DNA of 44,844 nt from Candidatus Margulisiibacteriota bacterium (GCA_034723395.1 JAYEOW010000016.1:1-44844), one strand, 5' to 3'; counted from the stretch's first letter, positions 26,917 to 36,522 are shown. Made by a program: numbers and translations. Notes: generated by a model not told the origin, from the letters alone.

Positions 26917-27801
26917 TTATATTTTATTTATTTCTGCGACTCTACGATCGGGTTGTTTGTCGAACGCGAGAGAGATAGATATATAGTGTATCGGGCTTTC
27001 GGAACCGCGGTAAGCATAATTTACTCCTACTCCATTGCGGCTTACGCCTACTCCAGCTGTATTGTATACTCCATCTTTACCGGCCCGAAGGGCGACCAGC
27101 GAGATCGGCTTCCATTCGCAGCCTACCCTCCCATCACTATCCGCGCTTACTATAATAGATTCGAGAAGTTTAGCTGAAGCGCCAAGAGAGATGCTATATT
27201 CGTCTTCACTGGCACTGTCCATAGCGCTAAAAAAGTTCTTAATATTAATACCCAGAGAGATATCCTCTCCCGGCTTTAACATTGCCGCCAGATCGGCATT
27301 GATAATAGAACCATTATTATCAGATAGCCCTTTTGCTCTGGTAATCAGATAATTTGATACTTTTAAACTTCCGCCCAGGGATAATTTACCCATAAACTTT
27401 GGAACTACCGAAAAGCGGTTGAATTCGCGGGCATATGAGAGGATTAACGCCTGGTTTTGGGCTGCAACCGGGGCCTCGCCTTGGTCGTTGATCGCGGCCG
27501 CGGAGAGGCCGTCAATTGGATAAGCAGAGCTGATATAGCCGATCCCAAAGTTACCAACCGGGGTCTCTTCGACCCCGCCTATAATAGTATAGCTCCTATC
27601 AGAAATTTTGTTTGAAACGACTGCGTGTTCACCGTGGAGATAGCCGATCCCGGCGGGGTTCTCAAAAATAGCATTGGCATCGTCAGCGATAGCCACAAAA
27701 GCTCCCCCCATCCCCATCGGCCTCGCCCCCATATTATCCGAAGCAAAAGAGACGGATGCAACTAGTAAGACTGCAGACAGCAAGAGAATGTACTTCTTCA
27801 T
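26917..27801 (-). CDS. PorV/PorQ (UPF0164, FadL-like) outer-membrane beta-barrel
   Basis: Signal peptide, GARPMGMGGAFVAIADDANAIFENPAG signature, alternating beta-strands. Confidence 0.8.
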   Translation of the reverse strand: MKKYILLLSAVLLVASVSFASDNMGARPMGMGGAFVAIADDANAIFENPAGIGYLHGEHAVVSNKISDRSYTIIGGVEETPVGNFGIGYISSAYPIDGLSAAAINDQGEAPVAAQNQALILSYAREFNRFSVVPKFMGKLSLGGSLKVSNYLITRAKGLSDNNGSIINADLAAMLKPGEDISLGINIKNFFSAMDSASEDEYSISLGASAKLLESIIVSADSDGRVGCEWKPISLVALRAGKDGVYNTAGVGVSRNGVGVNYAYRGSESPIHYISISLAFDKQPDRRVAEINKI

Positions 27802-27833
27802 TTGACCCTCCTATTAAACATCCTACACCTTTA

Positions 27834-27861
27834 TTATCGTAGCTTGGGGGATAAAACTTGC
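27834..27861 (-). promoter_or_regulatory. sigma28/FliA-like promoter 6
   Basis: GCAAGTTT-N12-TACGATAA. Confidence 0.78.
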
Positions 27862-27870
27862 GCGCCTCTC

Positions 27871-28977
27871 TCAGACTATTGAGTTCGGTTCCAGACGGCT
27901 TTGCGGGGGGATTTCCGATCCTTTTCTCAGCAAGCAGCGGTTTGAACTTACTGTCCCTTCGTGCACCTTCGCCCCCTCACCAATCTCGCACCAGCTGCCG
28001 ATTACCGACCGGGTAACCTGGGCATCTTTCTTTACAATTGTATCTGACCAGATAACCGAGCCCAACACGGCAGCCCCTTCTTCGATTATACATTGATCGC
28101 CAATCACCGAATCACGGATATAGGCATCCTTCCCAATATGGCAGCGATTCCCGATTATTACCGATCCTTCAAAACGGGCAGAGCGGTTCACCCAACCCCG
28201 CTCACCAATCCAGGTCGATTTACCGGTCTTTTTCCCGGGAATGAGGACTCGTACCTGCCCGCGCATCGCGTCATAATTCGCTTCAATATATTTATCCAGG
28301 CAGCCGACATCGCTCCAGTATTCGACCATCTTATAACCATAGATAGCCGCTTCCTCTTCGACCAATCTTGGAAAAAGTTGTTTGCCAAAATCATAAAATC
28401 CGTCTGGTATCATTTCGAGGACCTTGGGCTCGACAACATATATGCCGGCATTTACCATATTACTCTTCGCATCTTCCGGTTTCGGTTTCTCCTGAAAGCC
28501 GGTTATCTTCCCCGTCTCATCCTGAATGACAACGCCAAATTGGCTCACATCATTGACCTTCGCTAAAGCGACGGTAAACAAGGATCTCTTCTTTTTATGC
28601 AAATCAACAATTTTCTTTAAATTTATATCGGTCAACGCGTCCGAAGAAAGCACCAGGAAACTGTTTTTTACCCCTATATATTCCGCCATCCGCTTTACCC
28701 CACCCGCGGTCCCCAGGAGCTCTTTTTCATACGAATACATCAGCTTGACCCCAAACTTACGGCCATCCCCAAAATAGTTTTGGATCTGCTCGGGATGATA
28801 ATGGATATTAGCGACGATTTCTTTAAACCCGTACTTCTTTAAAAGCTCGATGTTATGCTGCATGGTTGGGATATTAACGATCGGCACCGTCGGTTTTGGC
28901 ACCGCGATCGTAAGCGGCTCCAGGCGGGTCCCATACCCCGCGGCCATGATCAGCGCCTTTAACTTTTTATCTCTCAA
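27871..28977 (-). CDS. NDP-sugar synthase (mannose-1-phosphate guanylyltransferase-like) with hexapeptide repeats
   Basis: ALIMAAGYGTRL.PLT..PKP, LGTAGG, FQEKP, YWSDVG, left-handed beta-helix tail. Confidence 0.9.
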   Translation of the reverse strand: MRDKKLKALIMAAGYGTRLEPLTIAVPKPTVPIVNIPTMQHNIELLKKYGFKEIVANIHYHPEQIQNYFGDGRKFGVKLMYSYEKELLGTAGGVKRMAEYIGVKNSFLVLSSDALTDINLKKIVDLHKKKRSLFTVALAKVNDVSQFGVVIQDETGKITGFQEKPKPEDAKSNMVNAGIYVVEPKVLEMIPDGFYDFGKQLFPRLVEEEAAIYGYKMVEYWSDVGCLDKYIEANYDAMRGQVRVLIPGKKTGKSTWIGERGWVNRSARFEGSVIIGNRCHIGKDAYIRDSVIGDQCIIEEGAAVLGSVIWSDTIVKKDAQVTRSVIGSWCEIGEGAKVHEGTVSSNRCLLRKGSEIPPQSRLEPNSIV

Positions 28978-29398
28978 TCTTTCTGATCCTCCTTAGGTGC
29001 CGCTCTTCTCCCGAGAATTCTGTCTTGAGCCATACATCCAGTATTTTTGTCGCTTTGGCCCTGGTTAGTTTTCTGCCTGCCAAACATAATATGTTGGCAT
29101 CCCCATGCTCCCGGCTCTGTTTTGCGGTATATGTGTCGTGGACCAAGACCGCCCGGACCCCCTTAACCTTATTGGCGGTAATTGAAACCCCTACTCCAGA
29201 TCCGCAAATAACTACCCCCCGATCAAATTCTTTCGCGGCAACCGCCTCGGCTACCGGATAGGCATAATCGGGATAATCGACCGATTCCTCAGAATATGTG
29301 CCAAAATCCTTAAATTCGATCTTTTTCCTTTTCAGATATTTTTTTAATATCTCTTTTAGTTTATACCCTGCATGGTCGGATCCGATCGCTAGCTTCAT
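28967..29398 (-). CDS. rpiB: Ribose-5-phosphate isomerase B
   Basis: GSDHAG, DYPD, CGSGVG...ANK, RH.RR. Confidence 0.95.
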   Translation of the reverse strand: MKLAIGSDHAGYKLKEILKKYLKRKKIEFKDFGTYSEESVDYPDYAYPVAEAVAAKEFDRGVVICGSGVGVSITANKVKGVRAVLVHDTYTAKQSREHGDANILCLAGRKLTRAKATKILDVWLKTEFSGEERHLRRIRKIER

Positions 29399-30093
29399 CT
29401 GATCACCATCCTCATCTCTTTTACCGCCTCTTTCATGCCGACAAATACCGATCTCGCGATAATTGAAAAACCGATATTCAACTCCTCGATCCCCGGGACC
29501 TTTACAATATCTTTAACATTATTATAATCCAAACCGTGCCCCGCATTTATCCTTAATCCGATCCAACGCGCCTTCTCGACAGCAATCCCGATTTTTTCCA
29601 GCTCTTTTCTTTTGTTTTTCGCATTGGCATACTTTCCGGTATGCAGCTCGATAAAATCGGCAGTCAAAAAAGCCGATTCTTCGATCTGCTTTTTTACCGG
29701 ATCAACAAAAAGGCTGACCAGTATCCCCGCCTTTTTTAATTTCGCGATGATCGGATCGAGTTTTTTAGAGTTTTTAACAACATCTAATCCTCCCTCCGTT
29801 GTCAGTTCTCTTCTTTTTTCGGGAACGATAGTAACCATCGCGGGCTTAAGCTTTAAGGCAGTCTTTACCATCTCGGGAGTAGCGGCCATTTCGAGGTCGA
29901 GGCGGGTATCTAACTTTCGCAGGGCTTTAACATCACGGTCCTGGATATGCCTTCTATCCTCACGGAGGTGGCAAACGATCCCATCCGCTCCGCCGGCAAT
30001 CACCTCTTTAGCCGCTGCAACCGGATCGGGAAAACCCTCTTTGCGGGCCTCCCTCAAAGTCGCGATATGGTCAATATTTACCCCTAATCTCAT
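29395..30093 (-). CDS. pdxJ: Pyridoxine 5'-phosphate synthase
   Basis: LGVNIDH.ATLR, HLREDRRHI, TTEGGLD, AGHGL.Y.N, ELNIG. Confidence 0.97.
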   Translation of the reverse strand: MRLGVNIDHIATLREARKEGFPDPVAAAKEVIAGGADGIVCHLREDRRHIQDRDVKALRKLDTRLDLEMAATPEMVKTALKLKPAMVTIVPEKRRELTTEGGLDVVKNSKKLDPIIAKLKKAGILVSLFVDPVKKQIEESAFLTADFIELHTGKYANAKNKRKELEKIGIAVEKARWIGLRINAGHGLDYNNVKDIVKVPGIEELNIGFSIIARSVFVGMKEAVKEMRMVIR

Positions 30094-30575
30094 TGGACAT
30101 CCTTATGGACTAAACAGATCGCATAAGCCGAGATCCCCTTTTTTGATCCGGTAAAGCCTAATCCCTCTTCAGTCTTCCCCTTAATATTGATCAGTTCAGG
30201 CTTGATCTCTAAAGTGTTGGCAATATTCTGTTTCATCTCTTCGATATAAGGTGCAAAACGGGGCTCCTCTGCAACGATCGTTGAATCGATATTATTTATC
30301 GCATACCCGCGGTTACGGATAAGCTCTTTAATGAATTCAAGGAGCTTGAGGCTGGCAATCCCCTTATAATCAGGGTCCCCCGGAGGAAAATGCCTTCCTA
30401 TATCTCCTTCTCCCATCGCTCCAATCAGTGCGTCAATAATAGCGTGAATCAAAACGTCGCCATCTGACCAGCCCAATAGCCCCTTCGGATGGGGAATTCC
30501 GGTCCCGCCAACAGTTAACTTGCGGCCTTTTACCAGCTTATGAACATCGTACCCAAAACCAATCTGCATCCTCAT
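30090..30575 (-). CDS. ispF: 2-C-methyl-D-erythritol 2,4-cyclodiphosphate synthase
   Basis: IGFGYDVH, SDGDV..HAI.DAL.GA, GDIG.HFP, E.LGFTG. Confidence 0.96.
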   Translation of the reverse strand: MRMQIGFGYDVHKLVKGRKLTVGGTGIPHPKGLLGWSDGDVLIHAIIDALIGAMGEGDIGRHFPPGDPDYKGIASLKLLEFIKELIRNRGYAINNIDSTIVAEEPRFAPYIEEMKQNIANTLEIKPELINIKGKTEEGLGFTGSKKGISAYAICLVHKDVQ

Positions 30576-30613
30576 CCCAACCTTCTAAATAATTGATTGC
30601 TTAATCATCCGTC

Positions 30614-30745
30614 ACCCTTCTCCATTTTTCAAATAGAGAAGGGTTAACTTTTCCTATTATATCACCATTTAATTCAATCCTCATCCCCTTCTCCATCTTT
30701 GATGGAGAAGGGGAAACCCGAGCGAAGCGAGGGAGGGGATGAGGA
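30614..30745. repeat. Two REP-like palindromes related to the DUF559 element ends
   Basis: ACCCTTCTC..GAGAAGGGT (30614-30644); TCCTCATCCCC..GGGGATGAGGA (30678-30745) enclosing CCCCTTCTCCATC-TTT-GATGGAGAAGGGG. Confidence 0.8.
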
Positions 30746-30748
30746 CCG

Positions 30749-31345
30749 TCAATATCCTTTAAATAAATAGTAAACTAATGACACGTACTCCCAAACCACC
30801 CTCTGGGTATCCTCGTGCCTCTCCCACCACCCCTTAACTTTAAATTTACTGTCCTGCACCGGATAAGAAAGGACCTCGATATTTAAGCCGGCCACCCCCT
30901 TCTTAAATGTCCGTTTACTTCGGCGGCTATGATAAGGAGAAGTAACCAGGATAACCGACCTAAACTTATTCTTCCTGATCAAGGGGAGGGATAAAAGCAC
31001 ATCCTCCATGGTCGACTCAGATTTTCTCTGCAGCAAAACAGCACTCGCCGGAACTCCAGCGGCTACTGCCTGTTTTTTCATCCAATCAGCGGCTGCCAAT
31101 TCCCACATGATCGGTCCGCCGCTCATTATTATTTTAGGGGCGTATCCTTTTTTGTGGAGCTCCACCCCTTGGGCTACCCGCTCCCCGTTGGAATCGCCGG
31201 CCAATACGACAATTACATCAGACAGCTCTAATTTGTCCTGGACGACCAGAAAGCGGGCTATCCCCTCCAAAATAAAAGTGGCGGAAAAGTAAACCGCAAA
31301 AACAATTAAAAATAAGACGATTAAGCCTTTAAATCTGTTTTTCAT
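30749..31345 (-). CDS. YdcF/DUF218 (ElyC/SanA-like) protein
   Basis: D.IVVLAG, IIMSGG, S.ST.E, LVTS.YH.RR. Confidence 0.9.
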   Translation of the reverse strand: MKNRFKGLIVLFLIVFAVYFSATFILEGIARFLVVQDKLELSDVIVVLAGDSNGERVAQGVELHKKGYAPKIIMSGGPIMWELAAADWMKKQAVAAGVPASAVLLQRKSESTMEDVLLSLPLIRKNKFRSVILVTSPYHSRRSKRTFKKGVAGLNIEVLSYPVQDSKFKVKGWWERHEDTQRVVWEYVSLVYYLFKGY

Positions 31346-32482
31346 CTATCGTGGTTCTTTTAGCAACGATCGAAAGAGAAATTTTGGATTCTTTAATAGT
31401 CCCATTACCAGCGTCCCGATGGTCGGATAGGTGCGCGGATTGGCTGCCAAGCCCCAGATAACCGAAGAATGGTTCTCAAAATCACCGGTCTTCTCTATTA
31501 ATTTAATATTCTCTTTGGCGTAAGAAAATATTTTCCTCAGCACATCTTCATTCATATTTTCTAAAACATTCCTGGCCAAAAGGCAAATTTTTACTTCCCG
31601 CTCAAATTTTTCGCTCCATCTGTTCTCATATAGAGCAAGATCCCCCTCCTTTATCGCGTCCACCAGGATCTCTGCCGACTTCATACCATAATAGATCCCT
31701 CCGGAGGTGATCGGTTTTACCTGACAGGCAGCATCCCCAAGCAGAGCCGCTCTCCCTTTTACCAGCTGGCAGGTCCCGATGGGGATCAGCCCCGCATTCT
31801 TTTCGATTATCTCACCGCCACCAATCTTTTCCATAAAACCATTTAATTCCTGATATGGATTCGGAGAGATCGTCCCTATCCTCGAGATCCCGTTCCCTTC
31901 GGGAATAATCCAGGTGAACATAGAGAAAGGTTTTACGTAGTGGACCTCGACCTTATTCGTGTTCTTCGGCGTCATTTTTACCCGGTATTGATAGCCCCGA
32001 TAAAGCTTCATGTCCGAATAAAATTCAAGTGATTTTCTTACCCTCGAATTTGGGCCATCCGCCCCAACCACCACATCCGCATAATATTCACCATTGTTCG
32101 TTTTTAAAATATAACCATCTTTGATCGGATGGACATCCTGCAAAGCGGTATTAAACTCTATGTTCAAGTCTTTACTCATCTCTTTATCAAAGGTCTCTCG
32201 TTCAATAATATGGGCGACCTTGTTCCGGGAGATTGAGAAGGATGAACCATTAAAGTGAATGTCCGCCCCATTGATCGTATTAATGATCGATTTAGTAGAT
32301 ACAGGCAGGCGCATTTCCTTAAATATGCCGCTCCCTACGATCCCGGCGCATTGAACCGGCCTGCCAACTTCCGCATGATCTTCCAGTAAAAGTGGAGAAT
32401 ATCCGCTATTTTTGAGCAGCTGGCCGAGGTAACATCCTACCGGCCCCGCTCCCACAACGATAATTTTGGTAGATTTCTTCAT
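31346..32482 (-). CDS. Geranylgeranyl-reductase-family FAD-dependent oxidoreductase
   Basis: GAGP.G, G.PVQCAG, GADG..S, WIIP, GDAA.QVKP...GGIYY. Confidence 0.88.
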   Translation of the reverse strand: MKKSTKIIVVGAGPVGCYLGQLLKNSGYSPLLLEDHAEVGRPVQCAGIVGSGIFKEMRLPVSTKSIINTINGADIHFNGSSFSISRNKVAHIIERETFDKEMSKDLNIEFNTALQDVHPIKDGYILKTNNGEYYADVVVGADGPNSRVRKSLEFYSDMKLYRGYQYRVKMTPKNTNKVEVHYVKPFSMFTWIIPEGNGISRIGTISPNPYQELNGFMEKIGGGEIIEKNAGLIPIGTCQLVKGRAALLGDAACQVKPITSGGIYYGMKSAEILVDAIKEGDLALYENRWSEKFEREVKICLLARNVLENMNEDVLRKIFSYAKENIKLIEKTGDFENHSSVIWGLAANPRTYPTIGTLVMGLLKNPKFLFRSLLKEPR

Positions 32483-32556
32483 GGCAGGATCTGTATTATA
32501 TATAATATAAGTAATTTAGTAAAGGGAAGGGGTGAGGGTTGCAATAATATAAGGAG

Positions 32557-35136
32557 ATGCTAAAATCAAGTAGCCGGATGTGTATTAAGCGACCTATTAC
32601 TGTTTTGCTCTTTTGCTTATTGCTACTTGGGGGCTCCTATGCGGATGAACAACATCGGGTAAACTCTGATTTTTCCCACTTCTGGATATCCGAAACCTCC
32701 CAGGAAAGTATTGACCTTAAATATTCCAGGCCAATCAACCAGGGCCAGCTGTTCGATCCGCCAAAAACATTATATACCTTCAGCAGAGAAGTAGACGGTT
32801 ATGATATCAAAACCGATGAGAACAAGGTTTTTATCACCTTCGCCAACAAGGACGGGCTATTTTTCATCCACTCATCAGACTATGGGCGAAGTTTTAGCAG
32901 CCCCCAATCGATCTCTCAAGATCCCGGGGACCCCGCCTTGATAATTAAAGACAATTTGATCGTTATCGCCTGGGAAGAAGATCACAAAATAAAGATATCC
33001 AGCTCAGAGGGGAACCAGATAACTTTCGGAAAGCCTGCCGAGTTTGCCGTTACTGGAGAAGCCCTCTCCCTCCCTTCCCTTTCAATCAACGAGCGCAATG
33101 AAATTCAACTTCTATCACTCTCAACCAACCTAAACACTAACCTAAAAAATGTTATTTTTGCCAAGCTTGATAATGAGGCGCCGGTCAGGCTTTACCAAAC
33201 CCTGGATGAGATTACGGCAATCTCCAGCAATAATGATCTGATTTATTGGCAAAAAGAGGGCTATTCCTATATCACCCCTTCCTTTAACCAGGGTGATGAT
33301 TTTGGAGAGATAATAGAATTCACAACCGATGATACGATACTGGCAATCCTCTTTCGCCGGGGAAAACCATACCTTATTAGCCACGAAAAAGAGCTGCAAT
33401 TCTCTGAATTAAAAACCGAGAATCCGCCGCGGCCAATCGTTCTTTCTCCAAAAGACGGGATATCTACCAACATGGAAAATTTAAAGATAAACTACAATAC
33501 CCGAAATTTTAATACATATCTGTGCGAGATTGAGTTATCAGGCTCAAATTACATCCATAGTTTTGATCAAGTCGCCACCTCTGAGACTAATATATTTTCT
33601 CCGGGCACTGATATTCCAGATGGGACTTATAATTTGAGAATGCGCTCCTTTGATGGATTAAAATCGGGAGATTATAGCACTGCGATAGAGTTAATAATTG
33701 ACAGTATAAAGCCAAACATTACCTCATTAGAAGTTGTCTTTTCCCAGGGAATTATCGAGTTTTCGGGAAAATCAAGTGAGCCAACAAAGATCATAACGAT
33801 CAACAACCAGGTGGTATCTTTTGAATCAGATCTAAAGTTTACTAAAGAATTTGACCTTATTTCAGGCGATAATATATTCACCTTTCTCCTTTCAGATGAA
33901 GCTGGAAATATAAATATCGTAACCAAAGAGGTAGTTTACAACGCCGCCAGCCCGGAGGTTACCGCCTTAAAACCGGAGGCTGACGAATGGTTTAAGGCCG
34001 GATCGACCATTTTTATCGAAGCTTCGGTTTTTGACCTCCAGGAAGACATTGAAGATGAGCCCGACGCCCAGGTGATGATTAACGGCCAATTGTTGGAAGA
34101 TACCCTCTCCTATGATAAAGAGGGAAAAACACTCTTTGGATTCATCACCCTGCCCGAAGAGCTGTCCAGTGGAACGTATAATGGAAAGATTAGTATACTT
34201 GACCAATCCAATAATCAAGGGGAAACATCTTTTGATATAAATATTGATAACACCCCCCCCGCTATGGCCCAAAACAGTAACACTTACTATTCGAATTCGA
34301 GCGATAATATTCCAATCCCGATCTCTGACTCGGGAGCTGGAATAGATCCTGCCGGAACGATCATAAAGTTATCCGGAGCCTCATTTGAAGGAACAGTAAG
34401 CATTGAAGCCGCGGGGATCATTATTTCCCCAAACCTCACCTTTCTTGAAGGGAGTTATGAAGTCGAAGTATATCCGCGGGATATGGTGGGTAATACCGGA
34501 GAGACAATCTCATTCTCCCTGGTCATTGATACTACTCCCCCTAACCTTATAATGACCGGAACTTACGAACCACAAACTAATAAAAGCCGGATCACCCTGC
34601 AAGCCGAGATAAAGGATGATAATCCGGTTACGGTCGAAATCCATAACAATCAGAAAAAAGTTTCCTCGAAAACTTTAGCCGATAGTAATTATTCGGCGGA
34701 AATACTTCTTTTCCAGGGAGAGAACGATATAATAATTAAGGCAGCCGACCAGGCAGGCAACAAAGCTAACGCGAATATGAAAATATTTTCCAGCAGCGGA
34801 TTTTCCAAAAACTTAATTACCAATTGCACGCATGGGCCAAATCCGTTCAATCCGGACAAAAAAATCCCTGGCGCGTTTTCCACCCAGGGGAATGGAATGG
34901 TGTTTTCCTATGCCCTCTCCCAACCTTCGAATATAAAGATCATGATCTTTGATATAACCGGAACACTGGTCTGGGTAAGGGAGATGCAGAATGTTTCATC
35001 CGGAGCTACTGCCTGGAGCGGGAATGACCAGTTCGGGCAAAAAGCGGGGAATGGGATATACCCTTATATTTTCAAGGCTTCAAGCGGCGGGCAAACAGAA
35101 ATGGTAAGGAGCAAGATAATCGTCTTCCGTCAATAA
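32557..35136 (+). CDS. Secreted multi-Ig-domain protein with C-terminal FlgD-Ig/T9SS-sorting-like domain
   Basis: Signal peptide, S.D.G..F BNR-like motif, D..PP and D.AGN Ig repeats; C-terminal PNPFNP...IFDITG.LV...WSG.D..G...GNGIY.Y. The start may instead be the ATG at 32578 (TTGCAA-N16-TAAAAT upstream). Confidence 0.82.
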   Translation: MLKSSSRMCIKRPITVLLFCLLLLGGSYADEQHRVNSDFSHFWISETSQESIDLKYSRPINQGQLFDPPKTLYTFSREVDGYDIKTDENKVFITFANKDGLFFIHSSDYGRSFSSPQSISQDPGDPALIIKDNLIVIAWEEDHKIKISSSEGNQITFGKPAEFAVTGEALSLPSLSINERNEIQLLSLSTNLNTNLKNVIFAKLDNEAPVRLYQTLDEITAISSNNDLIYWQKEGYSYITPSFNQGDDFGEIIEFTTDDTILAILFRRGKPYLISHEKELQFSELKTENPPRPIVLSPKDGISTNMENLKINYNTRNFNTYLCEIELSGSNYIHSFDQVATSETNIFSPGTDIPDGTYNLRMRSFDGLKSGDYSTAIELIIDSIKPNITSLEVVFSQGIIEFSGKSSEPTKIITINNQVVSFESDLKFTKEFDLISGDNIFTFLLSDEAGNINIVTKEVVYNAASPEVTALKPEADEWFKAGSTIFIEASVFDLQEDIEDEPDAQVMINGQLLEDTLSYDKEGKTLFGFITLPEELSSGTYNGKISILDQSNNQGETSFDINIDNTPPAMAQNSNTYYSNSSDNIPIPISDSGAGIDPAGTIIKLSGASFEGTVSIEAAGIIISPNLTFLEGSYEVEVYPRDMVGNTGETISFSLVIDTTPPNLIMTGTYEPQTNKSRITLQAEIKDDNPVTVEIHNNQKKVSSKTLADSNYSAEILLFQGENDIIIKAADQAGNKANANMKIFSSSGFSKNLITNCTHGPNPFNPDKKIPGAFSTQGNGMVFSYALSQPSNIKIMIFDITGTLVWVREMQNVSSGATAWSGNDQFGQKAGNGIYPYIFKASSGGQTEMVRSKIIVFRQ

Positions 35137-36521
35137 GCCCCGCTTCCGAGAAAAACAACTAAGGCCGTACGCAATAGAATTTTTAAATCGAGCCAGAGCG
35201 ACCAATTCTCAATGTAGTAAATATCAAGCCTGACCATATCTTCAAATGGGAGAAGTGAACGTCCAGACACCTGCCAGAGACCGGTTATTCCCGGCCGAAC
35301 ACGGAGGCGTTTTTTGTGCCATACGCTGTAATTCTTCACTTCACGCGGTAATGGAGGACGCGGGCCCACCAAACTCATCTGGCCCAAAAGAACATTAAAA
35401 AGCTGGGGGTACTCATCGATACTCCAGCGGCGCATAAATTTACCCAACGGGGTAATCCGCGGGTCATCCTTCATTTTAAAAAGATACCCTTCGGCTTCGG
35501 AAAGCGGTTCAAGCTGCGGAAATAATTGCTCCGCGTCCTGGACCATCGATCTAAACTTGAACATCTTAAACATCTTGCCATCCAACCCCACCCTCTCCTG
35601 CATAAAAAAGACCGGGCCCCTCGAAGTTGTTTTAACAAGCAGGGCAAATAACAAAAAGAACGGAGAGAGCGCCAAAATGCCCAGGAAAGAGAAGCTCACA
35701 TCGGTCGTCCGTTTTAAGAAAGCATTCAACCCCTTGAGCTGGATCTCTGATACCGTCAGCAAAGGGACGCCGCCGATCTCATCCACGTCGAGGCGGCTTG
35801 CGATCAATTCCAAAATACCGGGAACGATCTTAAACTCTACGCCATAGCGCTCACATTCCGTAATTACATCCAGCACCTTATTAATCGAGATCCTGGTACT
35901 GGCAATTATTACCTCTTCAATCTTGTTATTCTTAACCGTTTCAACAACTTTATCTATCCCCCCCAGGACAGAATAGCCATTATACTCTTTCCCCTGCTTC
36001 TCTGGATTATCATCCAAATAGCCAAAAACCCGGTAGCCTAAACTTTTATCCTGGGTCACCTTTAAGGCAAGCAGCTGTCCCATTTCCCCCGCCCCTAAAA
36101 TAAGCAAGTTCTTGCTTGCAATCCCTTTAGAGCGAAGAAGCCGTTTTAGAGAAAAGAGAAAAATCCTCGAGAAGGTTAGACAGATCAACGATATCCACCA
36201 GACATTGGCGATCACTAAACGCGAAAACCAGAATTCGCGATACATAAAGAGCAAAGCAAATAGAACCAAGGTTGCTACCGAAACGCCCAAAAACACATTC
36301 GCAACCTCATCAATCAGCGCCGTATTCTTTTTATCTTCATACAACCCGATCAATTTAAAGATCGCCAGCCAGATCAAAGTTACAAAGATCAATACCCTGA
36401 AATACTGCTCAAAAACCGGTACAGTTGCGGGGGCTAAAAAAATAAATGTCTTAAACCTTATTAGATAAGCAAGGATTAAAGAGACGTTTATTAAAATGAT
36501 ATCCAGGACTATTTTAAGCAT
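35130..36521 (-). CDS. Polyprenyl-phosphate sugar phosphotransferase (WcaJ/WbaP family)
   Basis: 4+1 TM segments, KFRSM, D.RIT..G...R..SIDE.PQ..NVL.G.MSLVGPRP, PGITG.WQV.GR. Confidence 0.94.
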   Translation of the reverse strand: MLKIVLDIILINVSLILAYLIRFKTFIFLAPATVPVFEQYFRVLIFVTLIWLAIFKLIGLYEDKKNTALIDEVANVFLGVSVATLVLFALLFMYREFWFSRLVIANVWWISLICLTFSRIFLFSLKRLLRSKGIASKNLLILGAGEMGQLLALKVTQDKSLGYRVFGYLDDNPEKQGKEYNGYSVLGGIDKVVETVKNNKIEEVIIASTRISINKVLDVITECERYGVEFKIVPGILELIASRLDVDEIGGVPLLTVSEIQLKGLNAFLKRTTDVSFSFLGILALSPFFLLFALLVKTTSRGPVFFMQERVGLDGKMFKMFKFRSMVQDAEQLFPQLEPLSEAEGYLFKMKDDPRITPLGKFMRRWSIDEYPQLFNVLLGQMSLVGPRPPLPREVKNYSVWHKKRLRVRPGITGLWQVSGRSLLPFEDMVRLDIYYIENWSLWLDLKILLRTALVVFLGSGAY

Positions 36522-36522
36522 C

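Noticed and set aside
15941..27861. Recurring intergenic motif as a CRISPR repeat, attC site or terminator
   Set aside because: It is bipartite with a variable spacer, non-palindromic, kilobases apart and always oriented 5' of genes, which fits a promoter.
31346..32482. Geranylgeranyl reductase as evidence of photosynthesis or archaeal lipids
   Set aside because: The family is widespread with varied substrates, and no supporting pathway genes are nearby.
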